Source: Candidatus Multivoradales bacterium
GTDB taxonomy: Bacteria > Acidobacteriota > Thermoanaerobaculia > Multivoradales > JAHEKO01
Direction of reading: 5' to 3'
Length of the DNA stretch: 64,000 nucleotides
NCBI GenBank assembly: GCA_965223155.1
Contig: CBDCVR010000015.1
Span: 544,001-608,000, forward strand
Below the pieces are notes generated by a model, which saw nothing but the letters and a program-made list of their open reading frames with translations, ran no database searches and had not been told where the DNA came from. Below are positions 33,593 through 42,525 of the stretch, piece by piece. Every line of letters starts with the position of its first letter. The first letter of the stretch is position 1. The position numbers and the translations under genes were made by a program.

Positions 33593-34147
33593 ATGTCCGC
33601 GCAAGATCGAGTAGAAGAAACCGCGCCCGAGCCGGAAGAGATCGCTCAGCGCGTCCTCGTTCCCTCCCCGATCGGGGTCATCGGCATCGAGTTGACGGGC
33701 GAAAATCTGACGAAAGTCGTGATCATTCCGCGCGGCAAGGAGCGCAAGTCCTTCGTGCCCTTCGGCGAGCTCAAGCGAGCCGACCGTTCGGAGTTCCTGG
33801 ACGAGGCCGTGGGCAGGTTTTCCGAGTACCTGGCGGGTGCGCGCAAGGGCATCGGCCTGGACTGGGACCTGGGGCCGTCGGGGGTCACCGGATTCCCCAA
33901 GCGCGTCTTGAAGGAGACCGCCAGAATTCCGTACGGCCGCACCCGGAGCTACCAACAGATCGCCGCGGCGGCGGGCAACGGCGGCGCCTACCGGCAGGTC
34001 CTCGCCGTACTCCAGGAGAATCCGATTCCGCTGGCCATCCCCTGCCACCGGGTCGTGACGGTCAAGTCGGGACCGGGAAGCTATGTCGCCGGCCCCAAAA
34101 AAAAGCTCTGGCTCCAGCGCCTGGAGCAGCGCGGCCTCACGGTCTAG
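33593..34147 (+). CDS. ogt: Methylated-DNA--protein-cysteine methyltransferase
   Basis: IPYGRTRSYQQIA, NPIPLAIPCHRV active site. Confidence 0.9.
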   Translation: MSAQDRVEETAPEPEEIAQRVLVPSPIGVIGIELTGENLTKVVIIPRGKERKSFVPFGELKRADRSEFLDEAVGRFSEYLAGARKGIGLDWDLGPSGVTGFPKRVLKETARIPYGRTRSYQQIAAAAGNGGAYRQVLAVLQENPIPLAIPCHRVVTVKSGPGSYVAGPKKKLWLQRLEQRGLTV

Positions 34148-34191
34148 ACACGGTCTAGACCGATCCGCTTGCCAGGTCTGAACGGCTCGGG

Positions 34192-35256
34192 CTAGCTCGC
34201 CTCCAGCGCCACCTCGACGCTGGCTTCCTCCCCGGCTTCGAGCCAGATCGTGCGCTCGACCGAATCGAATCCGGGGCGCACGACCTCGAGGACGTGCTCG
34301 CCAGGGCTGATGCTCAGCGGCGACCGCAGGCGCGAGAGCTCCCGGCCGGTTCCCAGGAAGCGGCCGTCCAGGTACACCGAAGCATCGAGCGGCTCGACCC
34401 GGAGCTCGACGCGAGCGGGTACCAACCGTTCGGCAAGCGGCTCCCGGTCATCCGGGTCACCACGCTCCCGGACCCGGATGTCCTCTTGATCGCGCTCATC
34501 ACGCTCATCACGCTCACGCGACCGGCTCCTGGCCACCAGCTCCTCCTGGTCGAAGACCGTCAGCTCCTCGGCCGGCACCGTCTCGCCCGGCACCAAGTCG
34601 AGCTCGACGTCGATCACCAGCCCGGCAAGCACGTTGATCTCCCGGCGCACGGTCTCGAAGCCCTGCCGCAAGAAGATCAGCTCGTGCCGGCCCTTTTCGA
34701 GCCAGAGGTGGCCGGGAAATCCGTCGAACTTGCCGGCCGTGCCAATGTACTGCCCATCTACCCAGACCTCGGTCTTCTTGGGTCGGACGTTCAGATCGAG
34801 GCCGCCGAATTCCTCATAGCCCCGCGACGGATAGTGCGAGTAGTAGATCGGGTACCAGTGGAAGTACGGGTTGTAGTAATAGCCCCCGTAGTAGCCGCCC
34901 CACACCCAGCCGAAGCCGCCATGGCGTCGGCGATGCCGATCACTGTCGGTCCTCGAGCGATCCCGGGAGCGCCGGGACCGGGTGACACTCGCGCCGCCAC
35001 GGCTGCCGCCCTGGCGGGTCGTGACCGTGCCGGAGCGGCCGGCGGTCGCGCCCCGGGCGGTTCCGTTGGGCGTGCGCGGCGCGGAAGCCGTCGTGCCCGA
35101 AGTCATCGGCCCGCCGCCGCGCGCGGCGGGAGTGCGGGTCTTGGGCGCATCCCCGGCAGCGCCGGCTGGCATCAGCAAGGCGGTCGCGCCGGCCAGAAGG
35201 CCCGCCATCACGGTTCGTTGTAGAAGACGTTTCGATCGATTGCAGACAGCTCTCAT
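34192..35256 (-). CDS. Exported PEGA-domain protein
   Basis: GGAGGAG RBS before ATG 35256. G/R/T-rich then Y/G-rich linker, two PEGA repeats (EVWVDGQYIG, SVYLDGRFLG). Confidence 0.82.
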   Translation of the reverse strand: MRAVCNRSKRLLQRTVMAGLLAGATALLMPAGAAGDAPKTRTPAARGGGPMTSGTTASAPRTPNGTARGATAGRSGTVTTRQGGSRGGASVTRSRRSRDRSRTDSDRHRRRHGGFGWVWGGYYGGYYYNPYFHWYPIYYSHYPSRGYEEFGGLDLNVRPKKTEVWVDGQYIGTAGKFDGFPGHLWLEKGRHELIFLRQGFETVRREINVLAGLVIDVELDLVPGETVPAEELTVFDQEELVARSRSRERDERDERDQEDIRVRERGDPDDREPLAERLVPARVELRVEPLDASVYLDGRFLGTGRELSRLRSPLSISPGEHVLEVVRPGFDSVERTIWLEAGEEASVEVALEAS

Positions 35257-35410
35257 TGGTTCTCCTCCGGCCTCCTCCGGCATTCTCCAGACACCGGGCC
35301 GTTACCTCTACCGAAATTGCAAGGTCCAGACCACCGGACACAGGCCCGGTCCGATACCTCGGCTGGCCGTCAGAACGGCCTGCTGAGGCCTCGGTGGCCG
35401 TCCACCGTCC

Positions 35411-36436
35411 TCAAACCGAGGCACCCGCCGTCCTGCTCTCGGGCTGCCGGTCCGTTTCGACTGTGACCGGCTGGGCGGTCGGCCTGGCCTCGAGCACGGT
35501 TCCCAGCTCGGCAAGGGCATCCCGCACCGCCGGTGTCGCGGCACCGGGCGAGAGGACGGCGACACAACCGCCACCGCCCGCGCCGCAAGCCTTGCCCCCC
35601 CAGGCACCAGCCCGGCGGGCGGCTTCGAGCATCGTTTCGATGCCGGGAGTCGCGATCCCCTCGGCCAGGCCTCGCCGCAGCTCCCACTCCCGTCCCATGA
35701 GCTCACCCACCGCCGGCAGATCGGACTCGCGAAGCGCCTGGGCCAGATCGGAGGCCACGCGCGCGAGGCCCTCAAAGCGCCGCACGATCTCGGGCTCGGC
35801 GCTCAAGCGGCCGCGGACCACGCTCCAGTTCTTGCCGGCCGAAAAGTGGCTCTTGCCCGTATAGGCAACCGTCAAACACGCGCCGAGAGCCTCCAGGTCC
35901 ACCGCCAGCCGTTCCACCCGCTCGCCTCCGATCTCGTGATGGATCGCCAGCGCGCCCCCGTACAGCGGCGGGAAGTGGTCCTGCCGACCGGTCGGCAGGC
36001 TCATGAGCCGGGCTTCGACATCGCGCGCGATCGCGCTGCGGGCGTCCGGACCCCGAACGTGCCCTCCGGCGGCCTCTTCAGCCGCGGCCAAGAACGCGAT
36101 GGCCAGAGACGAACTCGCGCCCAGCCCGCCGCCCCGGGGCGACTGGCTCGTGACATCGACACGCGCGGATGCCAGTTCGGTCTGCCGGACGAGATGACCG
36201 AAAAGGGCGGTCTCATTGTGCTCCAGCCACTCATCACTGGTCTCGACCGGAAAGCGTCCGCCGTCTTGCCGCAGCTCGAATCCGGACTCTCGGGAACGAA
36301 TCGTCACCGTGACCATCACCTCGATAGCCACGTTGACCGTGACCGCTCCCTCATGGAGCAAGCCCAGGGGCCAGATGTCGAGGGTCCCGCCGGCCAAGTC
36401 CACCCGGCAGGGAGCCCGCGCGGTGACGAGACTCAT
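35411..36436 (-). CDS. GHMP kinase (HddA-like sugar/heptose-phosphate kinase)
   Basis: APCRVDLAGGTLD, PRGGGLGASSS, GRQD, GGKACGAGGGG. Confidence 0.88.
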   Translation of the reverse strand: MSLVTARAPCRVDLAGGTLDIWPLGLLHEGAVTVNVAIEVMVTVTIRSRESGFELRQDGGRFPVETSDEWLEHNETALFGHLVRQTELASARVDVTSQSPRGGGLGASSSLAIAFLAAAEEAAGGHVRGPDARSAIARDVEARLMSLPTGRQDHFPPLYGGALAIHHEIGGERVERLAVDLEALGACLTVAYTGKSHFSAGKNWSVVRGRLSAEPEIVRRFEGLARVASDLAQALRESDLPAVGELMGREWELRRGLAEGIATPGIETMLEAARRAGAWGGKACGAGGGGCVAVLSPGAATPAVRDALAELGTVLEARPTAQPVTVETDRQPESRTAGASV

Positions 36437-37782
36437 CGCGAGCCGCTCTGCGGCGCGGGCTGAACCTCGCGGTTTAGAGCGGCAACGGCAACGCCTTCGA
36501 GGTCTCCGAAGTCCACCGGTCCGTCCTCGAAAAGGGAGCTTCGCATCCGCTCGCGCTGCGCCAGAAACTCCGGCAGCCGGTCCTGGGGCACTGGATCCGA
36601 AGGCACGCTCTTGAGCGACAACGGGTTGATCCAGCGTCCGTCGCGCTGCACGCGATAGTCGAGATGGGACGCGGTCGAGAGTCCCGTCGAGCCGACGTAG
36701 CCGATGACCTCCCCCTGGGCTACCCGCGCCCCCGAGCGAATGCCCTTCGCGTACCCTGACAGATGCAGATACGCCGTCAGGTACCCATTGGGATGTCGCA
36801 CCTTGACGGTCTTTCCTCCACCCCGATCCCAGCCGGCCGAGACCACGACTCCGTTTGCGGTCACTCGCACCGGCGTGCCCTTGGGCGCACCGTAGTCAAC
36901 GCCGTAGTGCGGACGGTATCGCTTCAGGATGGGATGAAACCGCCGATTGCTGAAGCGCGACGTAATCCGCGAATAGCGGAGCGGAGAGCGCAGGAACATC
37001 TTCCGCAGCGGTCGCCCCTCGGCATCATAGTAGGCCCCGTCCTCACCGAACCGGTAGGCCTCTAGGCGGCGTCCGGCATTGTCGTAAGCGACCGCCACGA
37101 TCTCGCCGAGCGAATCGCGCCGGCCATCCAGATAGTTCACCGTGTAGAGAATCCGGAAGCTGTCGTCGACCCGCAGATCCCGGGTGAAGTCCAGGTCCCA
37201 CTGGAAGACGTCCGCCATCAGCACCGCCAGGGCCGCCGGCCCGCCGGCCCTCTCGATCGAGCTTTCGAGCGCGCCCTCGAGCGTGCCCGCAACCGTCGCG
37301 GCCTTGACCGAGCGCCTGAAGGGCGTCCAGCTACCGGCCCAGCCCGCTTCCGTGTGATCGACCCGCGCCCGGCCGGACTTGGCGACCACCATCTCGAACG
37401 AGCGCACCTCGTCCTCGGGGCCGAAGGTCACGGCGTAGTTGTCGCCCGGCCGGATCCGGCGCGGATCTACCCAGGCGGAGAGTTCCTCCAGGAGGGCGTT
37501 CGCCTCAGCCGGCTCGAGTCCCAGGTCGGCCAGAACGCCTCCCAAAGTCTCGGCCGGAGCGAAGGTCAGCTCGACAGGAACCTGAGCGTCGGGCGCGACC
37601 GAGCTCGACAGCAGCCCATGGGCCTGGTGGAAGGGAATCGCCCGAGCTACAGGGTACGGCGACTCCGAGTAGGCGGTCAGCCGCCGCTGGGTCACCCAAA
37701 GCCCAACCGCGGCGAGCCCGAGAACGCCGATGGCGATCCAGGCGAGCCGGCGGCGGGATTCGCTTCGTCGCGTCTGCACCAA
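36433..37782 (-). CDS. M23 family peptidoglycan DD-endopeptidase (MepM-like)
   Basis: RFHPIL...HYGVDY, YLHLS, GSTGLST..HLDY; N-terminal TM. Confidence 0.93.
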   Translation of the reverse strand: MVQTRRSESRRRLAWIAIGVLGLAAVGLWVTQRRLTAYSESPYPVARAIPFHQAHGLLSSSVAPDAQVPVELTFAPAETLGGVLADLGLEPAEANALLEELSAWVDPRRIRPGDNYAVTFGPEDEVRSFEMVVAKSGRARVDHTEAGWAGSWTPFRRSVKAATVAGTLEGALESSIERAGGPAALAVLMADVFQWDLDFTRDLRVDDSFRILYTVNYLDGRRDSLGEIVAVAYDNAGRRLEAYRFGEDGAYYDAEGRPLRKMFLRSPLRYSRITSRFSNRRFHPILKRYRPHYGVDYGAPKGTPVRVTANGVVVSAGWDRGGGKTVKVRHPNGYLTAYLHLSGYAKGIRSGARVAQGEVIGYVGSTGLSTASHLDYRVQRDGRWINPLSLKSVPSDPVPQDRLPEFLAQRERMRSSLFEDGPVDFGDLEGVAVAALNREVQPAPQSGSR

Positions 37783-37911
37783 GAGCTCCGAGCCGGAAAA
37801 AACGGGGGGATCAAGCCGCCGTCGTGCGCCCCACCCAAGCTACGCTACCACAGGGTTCGAGCGACCCCATGGCTGCGGCCGTCCTTGTCAGCGAACTGCT
37901 ACCAGGGAGGG

Positions 37912-38400
37912 TTAGTCGTAGGCAGGGCCTAGGACCGAAGCCGGATCGGCGGGCAGCTTGCCGCGGAACGCCGCCGCGCCATCCTTGATCGCCAGCATGC
38001 TGGGAAGGTAGGTGATGCTGTGTTTTTTCGAGAACGAGCCCTCGGGGTCCAGGAGCACGCGGAGATCGCCCGCCTTGCCATTCAGAAAGGACTCGACGGC
38101 CTTCCGGTCTTCCTGGAAATTGACCAGATAGACGGCGGCCTTGCTCCCCCACTCCTTCTCGATCCGGGCGGCGCGGGCGACGATCCCGCGGCAGCGCGGC
38201 GACCAGGTCGCAAAGAAGATCAGGATCGCATCCTGGGGAAGATCGTCGGCTTCGAGCGCCGAACCGTCGAGTCGGGTCAGGGTCGAGGCGTCGAGAGCCG
38301 CGGCCGGCGCCGGCAGCACACCCAGGACGCCCAGGGCCAGCGCCAGAGCCAGGCTCCCGATCACGGCCCGTCCGGTCAAGAAACTTTTCGCTCTGTTCAT
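37912..38400 (-). CDS. Exported TlpA-like thioredoxin-fold protein with SxxC motif
   Basis: Signal peptide, FFATWSPRC, VLLDPEG, ITYLPS (cis-Pro loop). Confidence 0.85.
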   Translation of the reverse strand: MNRAKSFLTGRAVIGSLALALALGVLGVLPAPAAALDASTLTRLDGSALEADDLPQDAILIFFATWSPRCRGIVARAARIEKEWGSKAAVYLVNFQEDRKAVESFLNGKAGDLRVLLDPEGSFSKKHSITYLPSMLAIKDGAAAFRGKLPADPASVLGPAYD

Positions 38401-38404
38401 GGCT

Positions 38405-38641
38405 CTACTCTCCGCTCTGTCGTGCGTGAAGGCTGGTCAAGATCCGTTGCCGGAGCGCGCTTGGTGCCCGGCGCCGGGTGCAACGCTTCCGAACCACGGT
38501 CACGAGACGCTTGGCGTATCCCGCCTGCCGCGCGCACTCCGGACAGATGGAGACGTGCTCCTCGAAGGAGACGAGCAGCTCGCCGTCCATCTCGTTGTCG
38601 GTGTACAGAAACACGACCTGTCTGACCTTGCGACAATCCAT
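38405..38641 (-). CDS. Zinc-binding anti-sigma factor (RsrA/RshA-like, zf-HC2)
   Basis: MDC...HVSICPEC (HxxxCxxC)...APSALRQRI, directly after the ECF sigma gene. Confidence 0.9.
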   Translation of the reverse strand: MDCRKVRQVVFLYTDNEMDGELLVSFEEHVSICPECARQAGYAKRLVTVVRKRCTRRRAPSALRQRILTSLHARQSGE

Positions 38642-38671
38642 GGCGTTTCTCGTCTTCGCCCGCCGTTCTCG

Positions 38672-39337
38672 TTAACGATTCGCCTTTTCGGGAAATTCCG
38701 CCTCGGCCGTGCCCGCTGCCACGGGCTCGTCCCCTCTCGAGCGCATCTTGGACGGCTCCCGGTCGCGCAGGTAGCCGTGCTCGGTGGCGTATTCCAGCAT
38801 CGCCGCCTCGAGCAGCTTGCGCCCGCGATAGAGCCGGCTCATGACCGTGCCCAGCGGCACCTCCAGGACCTCGGCGATCTCCTTGTACGAGAATCCCTCC
38901 AGATCGGCCAGGACCACCGCCATGCGGTAGTCCTCGGACAGCGAGTCCAGGGCCCGCTGGACGTCCTCGTCCAGCACGTCCTCGAGCAGCGATTCTTCGG
39001 GGCTCTTGACCCTCCCCGTGGCCTCATCCGTCAAGCGGGACTCGAGGCTCTCCTCGATGTCCGCGAAATCGCTCTCGGTGGGCCGCTTCTGGGCCTTCCG
39101 ATAGTTGTTGATGAAGGAGTTCTTCAGGATCCGAAAGAGCCAGGCCTTGAAGTTGGTCCCTTCCTGGAACTTGTCGTAGTAGCGGTAGGCCTTGAGGTAG
39201 GTTTCCTGCACCAGATCCTCGGCGTCCTGGCTGTTCCGAGTCATGCGATACGCCGTGTTGTACAGCGAATCCACGAAGGGCATGGCCGCCTCCTCGAAAT
39301 TCCAGCCGTGGGCGTGTGCTTGATCCTTGCTAGCCAT
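38672..39337 (-). CDS. ECF sigma factor, SigR/SigH-like
   Basis: [53 protein letters not shown]. Confidence 0.93.
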   Translation of the reverse strand: MASKDQAHAHGWNFEEAAMPFVDSLYNTAYRMTRNSQDAEDLVQETYLKAYRYYDKFQEGTNFKAWLFRILKNSFINNYRKAQKRPTESDFADIEESLESRLTDEATGRVKSPEESLLEDVLDEDVQRALDSLSEDYRMAVVLADLEGFSYKEIAEVLEVPLGTVMSRLYRGRKLLEAAMLEYATEHGYLRDREPSKMRSRGDEPVAAGTAEAEFPEKANR

Positions 39338-39394
39338 GATTCTCTCTCGAGCCTGATGGGCCCTGGATTTGGTCTCCGGGTCCTACTTCTCGAC

Positions 39395-39421
39395 TACGCA
39401 GGAACCATGCCATGAGGTTCC
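39395..39421 (-). promoter_or_regulatory. Putative ECF-type autoregulatory promoter, overlapping an inverted repeat
   Basis: Minus strand GGAAC-N18-CGTA about 60 nt upstream of the sigma start. GGAACC...GGTTCC inverted repeat at 39401-39421. Confidence 0.4.
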
Positions 39422-39442
39422 GGCCCATACCGGCTCGTACCC

Positions 39443-40909
39443 CTACGGTATAGCGAGGAGACTGTTCTTGGCGAACTCGACCAGGGGCTCGGGCAGGATG
39501 CCCAGAAGCAGCGTCACGATGGCACACATCGCGATGACGCCCATCAGCCCGGGAGCGTTGAGGGGCGCCGGGGTCTCTTCGGTGGCGTCCTTCAAGTACA
39601 TCTGGACGCCGATGCCGAGGTAGTAGTAGAGGGACACGGCGCTCATCAGGACGCCCACGACGGCCACCCAGATCCAGCCCGACTTGATCGCGGCCGCGAA
39701 GAGATAGATCTTGCCAAAGAAGCCGCCGGTCGGAGGAATGCCGGTCATCGCCAGCATGAAGAGCAGCATCATCGCCGCCAGCCACGGCGCCCGCTTGGCA
39801 AGGCCCGCGTAGTCCGAATAGCTTTCCCGGGCGTAGCCCTTGCGCTCCAGGACGATGACCACGGCGAAGGCACCGATGGTCATGAAGGTGTAGGCGCAGG
39901 CGTAGAAGAGAAGCGCCCAGAGGCCGTCCTCGGACACCGCGATCACACCCAGTAGAAGGTAGCCCGCGTGCGCGATCGAGCTGTAGGCCAGCATCCGCTT
40001 GACGTTCGACTGGGTCAGGGCGGCGAGGTTTCCCCAGACCATGGTCAGCACCGCCACGCCCGCGGTGATCCACTGCCAGTCCAGCCTCAGGTGCGGCAGG
40101 CCCTCGAACAGGATCCGGACCAGGATGGCGAACGACGCCGCTTTGGATGCCGTCGCCAGAAACGCGGTCACCGGGGTCGGGGCTCCGACGTAGACGTCCG
40201 GCGTCCAGACATGGAAGGGCACCGCCGCCACCTTGAAGAACAACCCCATCGCCAGAAGCAGCCACCCGGCCCCCAGAATCCGGTTGCCGGCGCCGAAGGC
40301 CATCGCCTCGGGCAGACTGGCCGCCACCTGATCGAGCTGGATCGAACCGGTGGCGCCGTAGACCAACGAGATTCCGTACAGCAGAATGCCGCTCGACAGC
40401 GCTCCGAGGACAAAGTACTTGAGCGCCGCCTCGTTCGAGCGCCGCTCGTGCTTGAAGAACCCGACCAGGATGTAGCTCGACAGGGCCATCAACTCGAGCG
40501 CGATCCAGATGGAAAGCAAGCTGTAGCCGCTGACCATAAAGAGCATTCCGGTCGCCGCCAGCAGGATGAGCGAGTAGAACTCGGCTGGCCGGTAGCCACC
40601 GTCGGTCAGGAAGCGCTCGGAGACGACCACGGTTAGAGCCGTGGCCACGAGAAAGAGCATCTTCCAGAAGAACGCGTACCCGTCCAGCACGAACATCCCC
40701 GCCAGGATCGTCTGCTGGGCCTCGGGCACGCCCTGGACGGTCACGAGTAGCACGGCGGTGATCGCCAGCGCCGCCAGCGCCGCCAGCGCGCACAGGCGGT
40801 AGCCGTTGCCACGCTTGACCGCGCCGCCGACGAGCAGCAGCATGCCTGCTACCGCCAGAAAGATCTCCGGCGCCAGCAGCAGGAATTCCTGGGGCTGAAT
40901 CGAGTCCAC
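39443..40909 (-). CDS. nuoN: NADH-quinone oxidoreductase subunit N
   Basis: EAALKYF, FKVAAVPFHVWTPDVYVGAPTP, KRMLAYSSIAHAGY. Confidence 0.96.
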   Translation of the reverse strand: MDSIQPQEFLLLAPEIFLAVAGMLLLVGGAVKRGNGYRLCALAALAALAITAVLLVTVQGVPEAQQTILAGMFVLDGYAFFWKMLFLVATALTVVVSERFLTDGGYRPAEFYSLILLAATGMLFMVSGYSLLSIWIALELMALSSYILVGFFKHERRSNEAALKYFVLGALSSGILLYGISLVYGATGSIQLDQVAASLPEAMAFGAGNRILGAGWLLLAMGLFFKVAAVPFHVWTPDVYVGAPTPVTAFLATASKAASFAILVRILFEGLPHLRLDWQWITAGVAVLTMVWGNLAALTQSNVKRMLAYSSIAHAGYLLLGVIAVSEDGLWALLFYACAYTFMTIGAFAVVIVLERKGYARESYSDYAGLAKRAPWLAAMMLLFMLAMTGIPPTGGFFGKIYLFAAAIKSGWIWVAVVGVLMSAVSLYYYLGIGVQMYLKDATEETPAPLNAPGLMGVIAMCAIVTLLLGILPEPLVEFAKNSLLAIP

Positions 40910-40910
40910 C

Positions 40911-42491
40911 CTAGTGAGCTCCAGCCTCGGCGTGCGTGGCCTCGTCGTTGACGGCTTCGGGCTGGCTGGCCTGAACGATGTCGACCACGTAGCCCACCGG
41001 CTTTTCCAGAATCCGGAAGAACGGGCGCGGATAGAGGCCGATCCAGAAGCACAGGATGACGAGCGGGATCAGATAGGCGAATTCGCGCTTGTTCAGATCC
41101 TCGAGCTCCTTGTTCTCGGGATTGTTGAGTGGTCCGAAAAAGACCCGCTGGTACATCCAGAGCATGTAGGCCGCGCCCAGGACGATGCCGATGGCGCCCA
41201 TGAGCGCCCACACCCAGTTGCGATTGAAGGCCCCGACCAGGATCGTGAACTCACCCACGAAGCCGTTCAAGGCTGGCAGACCGATCGAGGACATCGTGAT
41301 GATGAGGAAGATCGTCGCGAAGGCGGGCATGCGCGCCGAGATGCCTCCGTACTCCGCGATCATGCGCGTGTGGCGCCGTTCGTAGATGACGCCGACCAGG
41401 AGGAAGAGCGCGCCGGTCGAGATCCCGTGGTTGATCATCTGCAGAATGCTGCCGTTCAGTCCAGGACCGTTCAAGGCGAAAAGGCCGAGCATGACGAAGC
41501 CGAGGTGGCTCACCGACGAATAGGCGACGAGCTTCTTCATGTCTTTCTGGGCCATCGCCACCAGCGCCCCGTACAAGATCCCGATGATCGACAGCGCCGC
41601 CATCCAGGGCAGAAGCTCCCAGGTCGCGTCCGGCAGGATCGGCAAGGAGAAGCGCACGAAGCCGTAGGTGCCCATCTTCAGCAGAACGCCGGCCAGGATC
41701 ACGGAGCCCGCGGTCGGCGCTTCGACGTGAGCGTCGGGAAGCCAGGTGTGGAAGGGAAACATCGGCACCTTGATGGCGAACCCGACAAAGAACGCCAGGA
41801 AGATCCAGAACTGAAGATCCGGTGGAATGGCCTGGGCGATCTCGTGGAACTGCGGGATGAAGAAGCTCTTCTCGTTGGCCAGTCCATCCAGACCCAGGAG
41901 GCCGGTGGAGTTGTAGAAGTAGAGCGCCAGGATGCCGAGAAGCATCAGAACCGAGCCCACCAGGGTGTAGAGGAAGAACTTGATCGCCGCGTAGAGCTTG
42001 CGCGGTCCGCCCCAGATCCCGATCAGGAAGTACATCGGTACCAGCATGACTTCCCAGAAGACGTAGAACAGGAAGAAGTCCATCGCCATGAAGACACCCA
42101 GCATGCCGGTCTGAAGGAGCAGCATGAAAACGTAGTACTCCTTCTCCCGGGTCTCGATCGCCGACCAGGACGACAGGAAGGCCAGGACTCCCAGAAGAGT
42201 CGTCAGCAGAACCAGCAAGAGCGCGATGCCGTCGATGCCGAACTCGTAGCGAATCCCGAGACTCGAGATCCAGGAAGCGCTCTCGCGGAACTGGAAGAGA
42301 TCGCCGTCCCGCTCGAACGCGAACCAGAGCGGCAACGACACCAGAAAGTCGACCATGGCCACACCGGTGGCGAACCGGCGGATACCCCGCGCGCTCGAGC
42401 TCTTGAAGAAGAAGATCACCGCCAGAGCACCGGCAAGCGGTATGTAGCAGATGATGCTCAGAATCGGCAGAGAAGAAACCCAGTCGAACAT
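40911..42491 (-). CDS. nuoM: NADH-quinone oxidoreductase subunit M
   Basis: FWEVMLVPMY, HTWLPDAHVEAPT, LLKMGTYG, KKLVAYSSVSH. Confidence 0.96.
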   Translation of the reverse strand: MFDWVSSLPILSIICYIPLAGALAVIFFFKSSSARGIRRFATGVAMVDFLVSLPLWFAFERDGDLFQFRESASWISSLGIRYEFGIDGIALLLVLLTTLLGVLAFLSSWSAIETREKEYYVFMLLLQTGMLGVFMAMDFFLFYVFWEVMLVPMYFLIGIWGGPRKLYAAIKFFLYTLVGSVLMLLGILALYFYNSTGLLGLDGLANEKSFFIPQFHEIAQAIPPDLQFWIFLAFFVGFAIKVPMFPFHTWLPDAHVEAPTAGSVILAGVLLKMGTYGFVRFSLPILPDATWELLPWMAALSIIGILYGALVAMAQKDMKKLVAYSSVSHLGFVMLGLFALNGPGLNGSILQMINHGISTGALFLLVGVIYERRHTRMIAEYGGISARMPAFATIFLIITMSSIGLPALNGFVGEFTILVGAFNRNWVWALMGAIGIVLGAAYMLWMYQRVFFGPLNNPENKELEDLNKREFAYLIPLVILCFWIGLYPRPFFRILEKPVGYVVDIVQASQPEAVNDEATHAEAGAH

Positions 42492-42525
42492 GCTCTAACT
42501 CCTAGGCGTAGGCTCGGACATCCGT

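Noticed and set aside
34139-34160. Short direct repeat ACGGTCTAGAC x2 at the ogt stop, considered as a target-site duplication
   Set aside because: The copies are adjacent with no element between them, consistent with simple local slippage.
38190-38206. Possible selenocysteine in the redoxin active site
   Set aside because: The codon is TCG (Ser), not TGA, and the ORF is uninterrupted.
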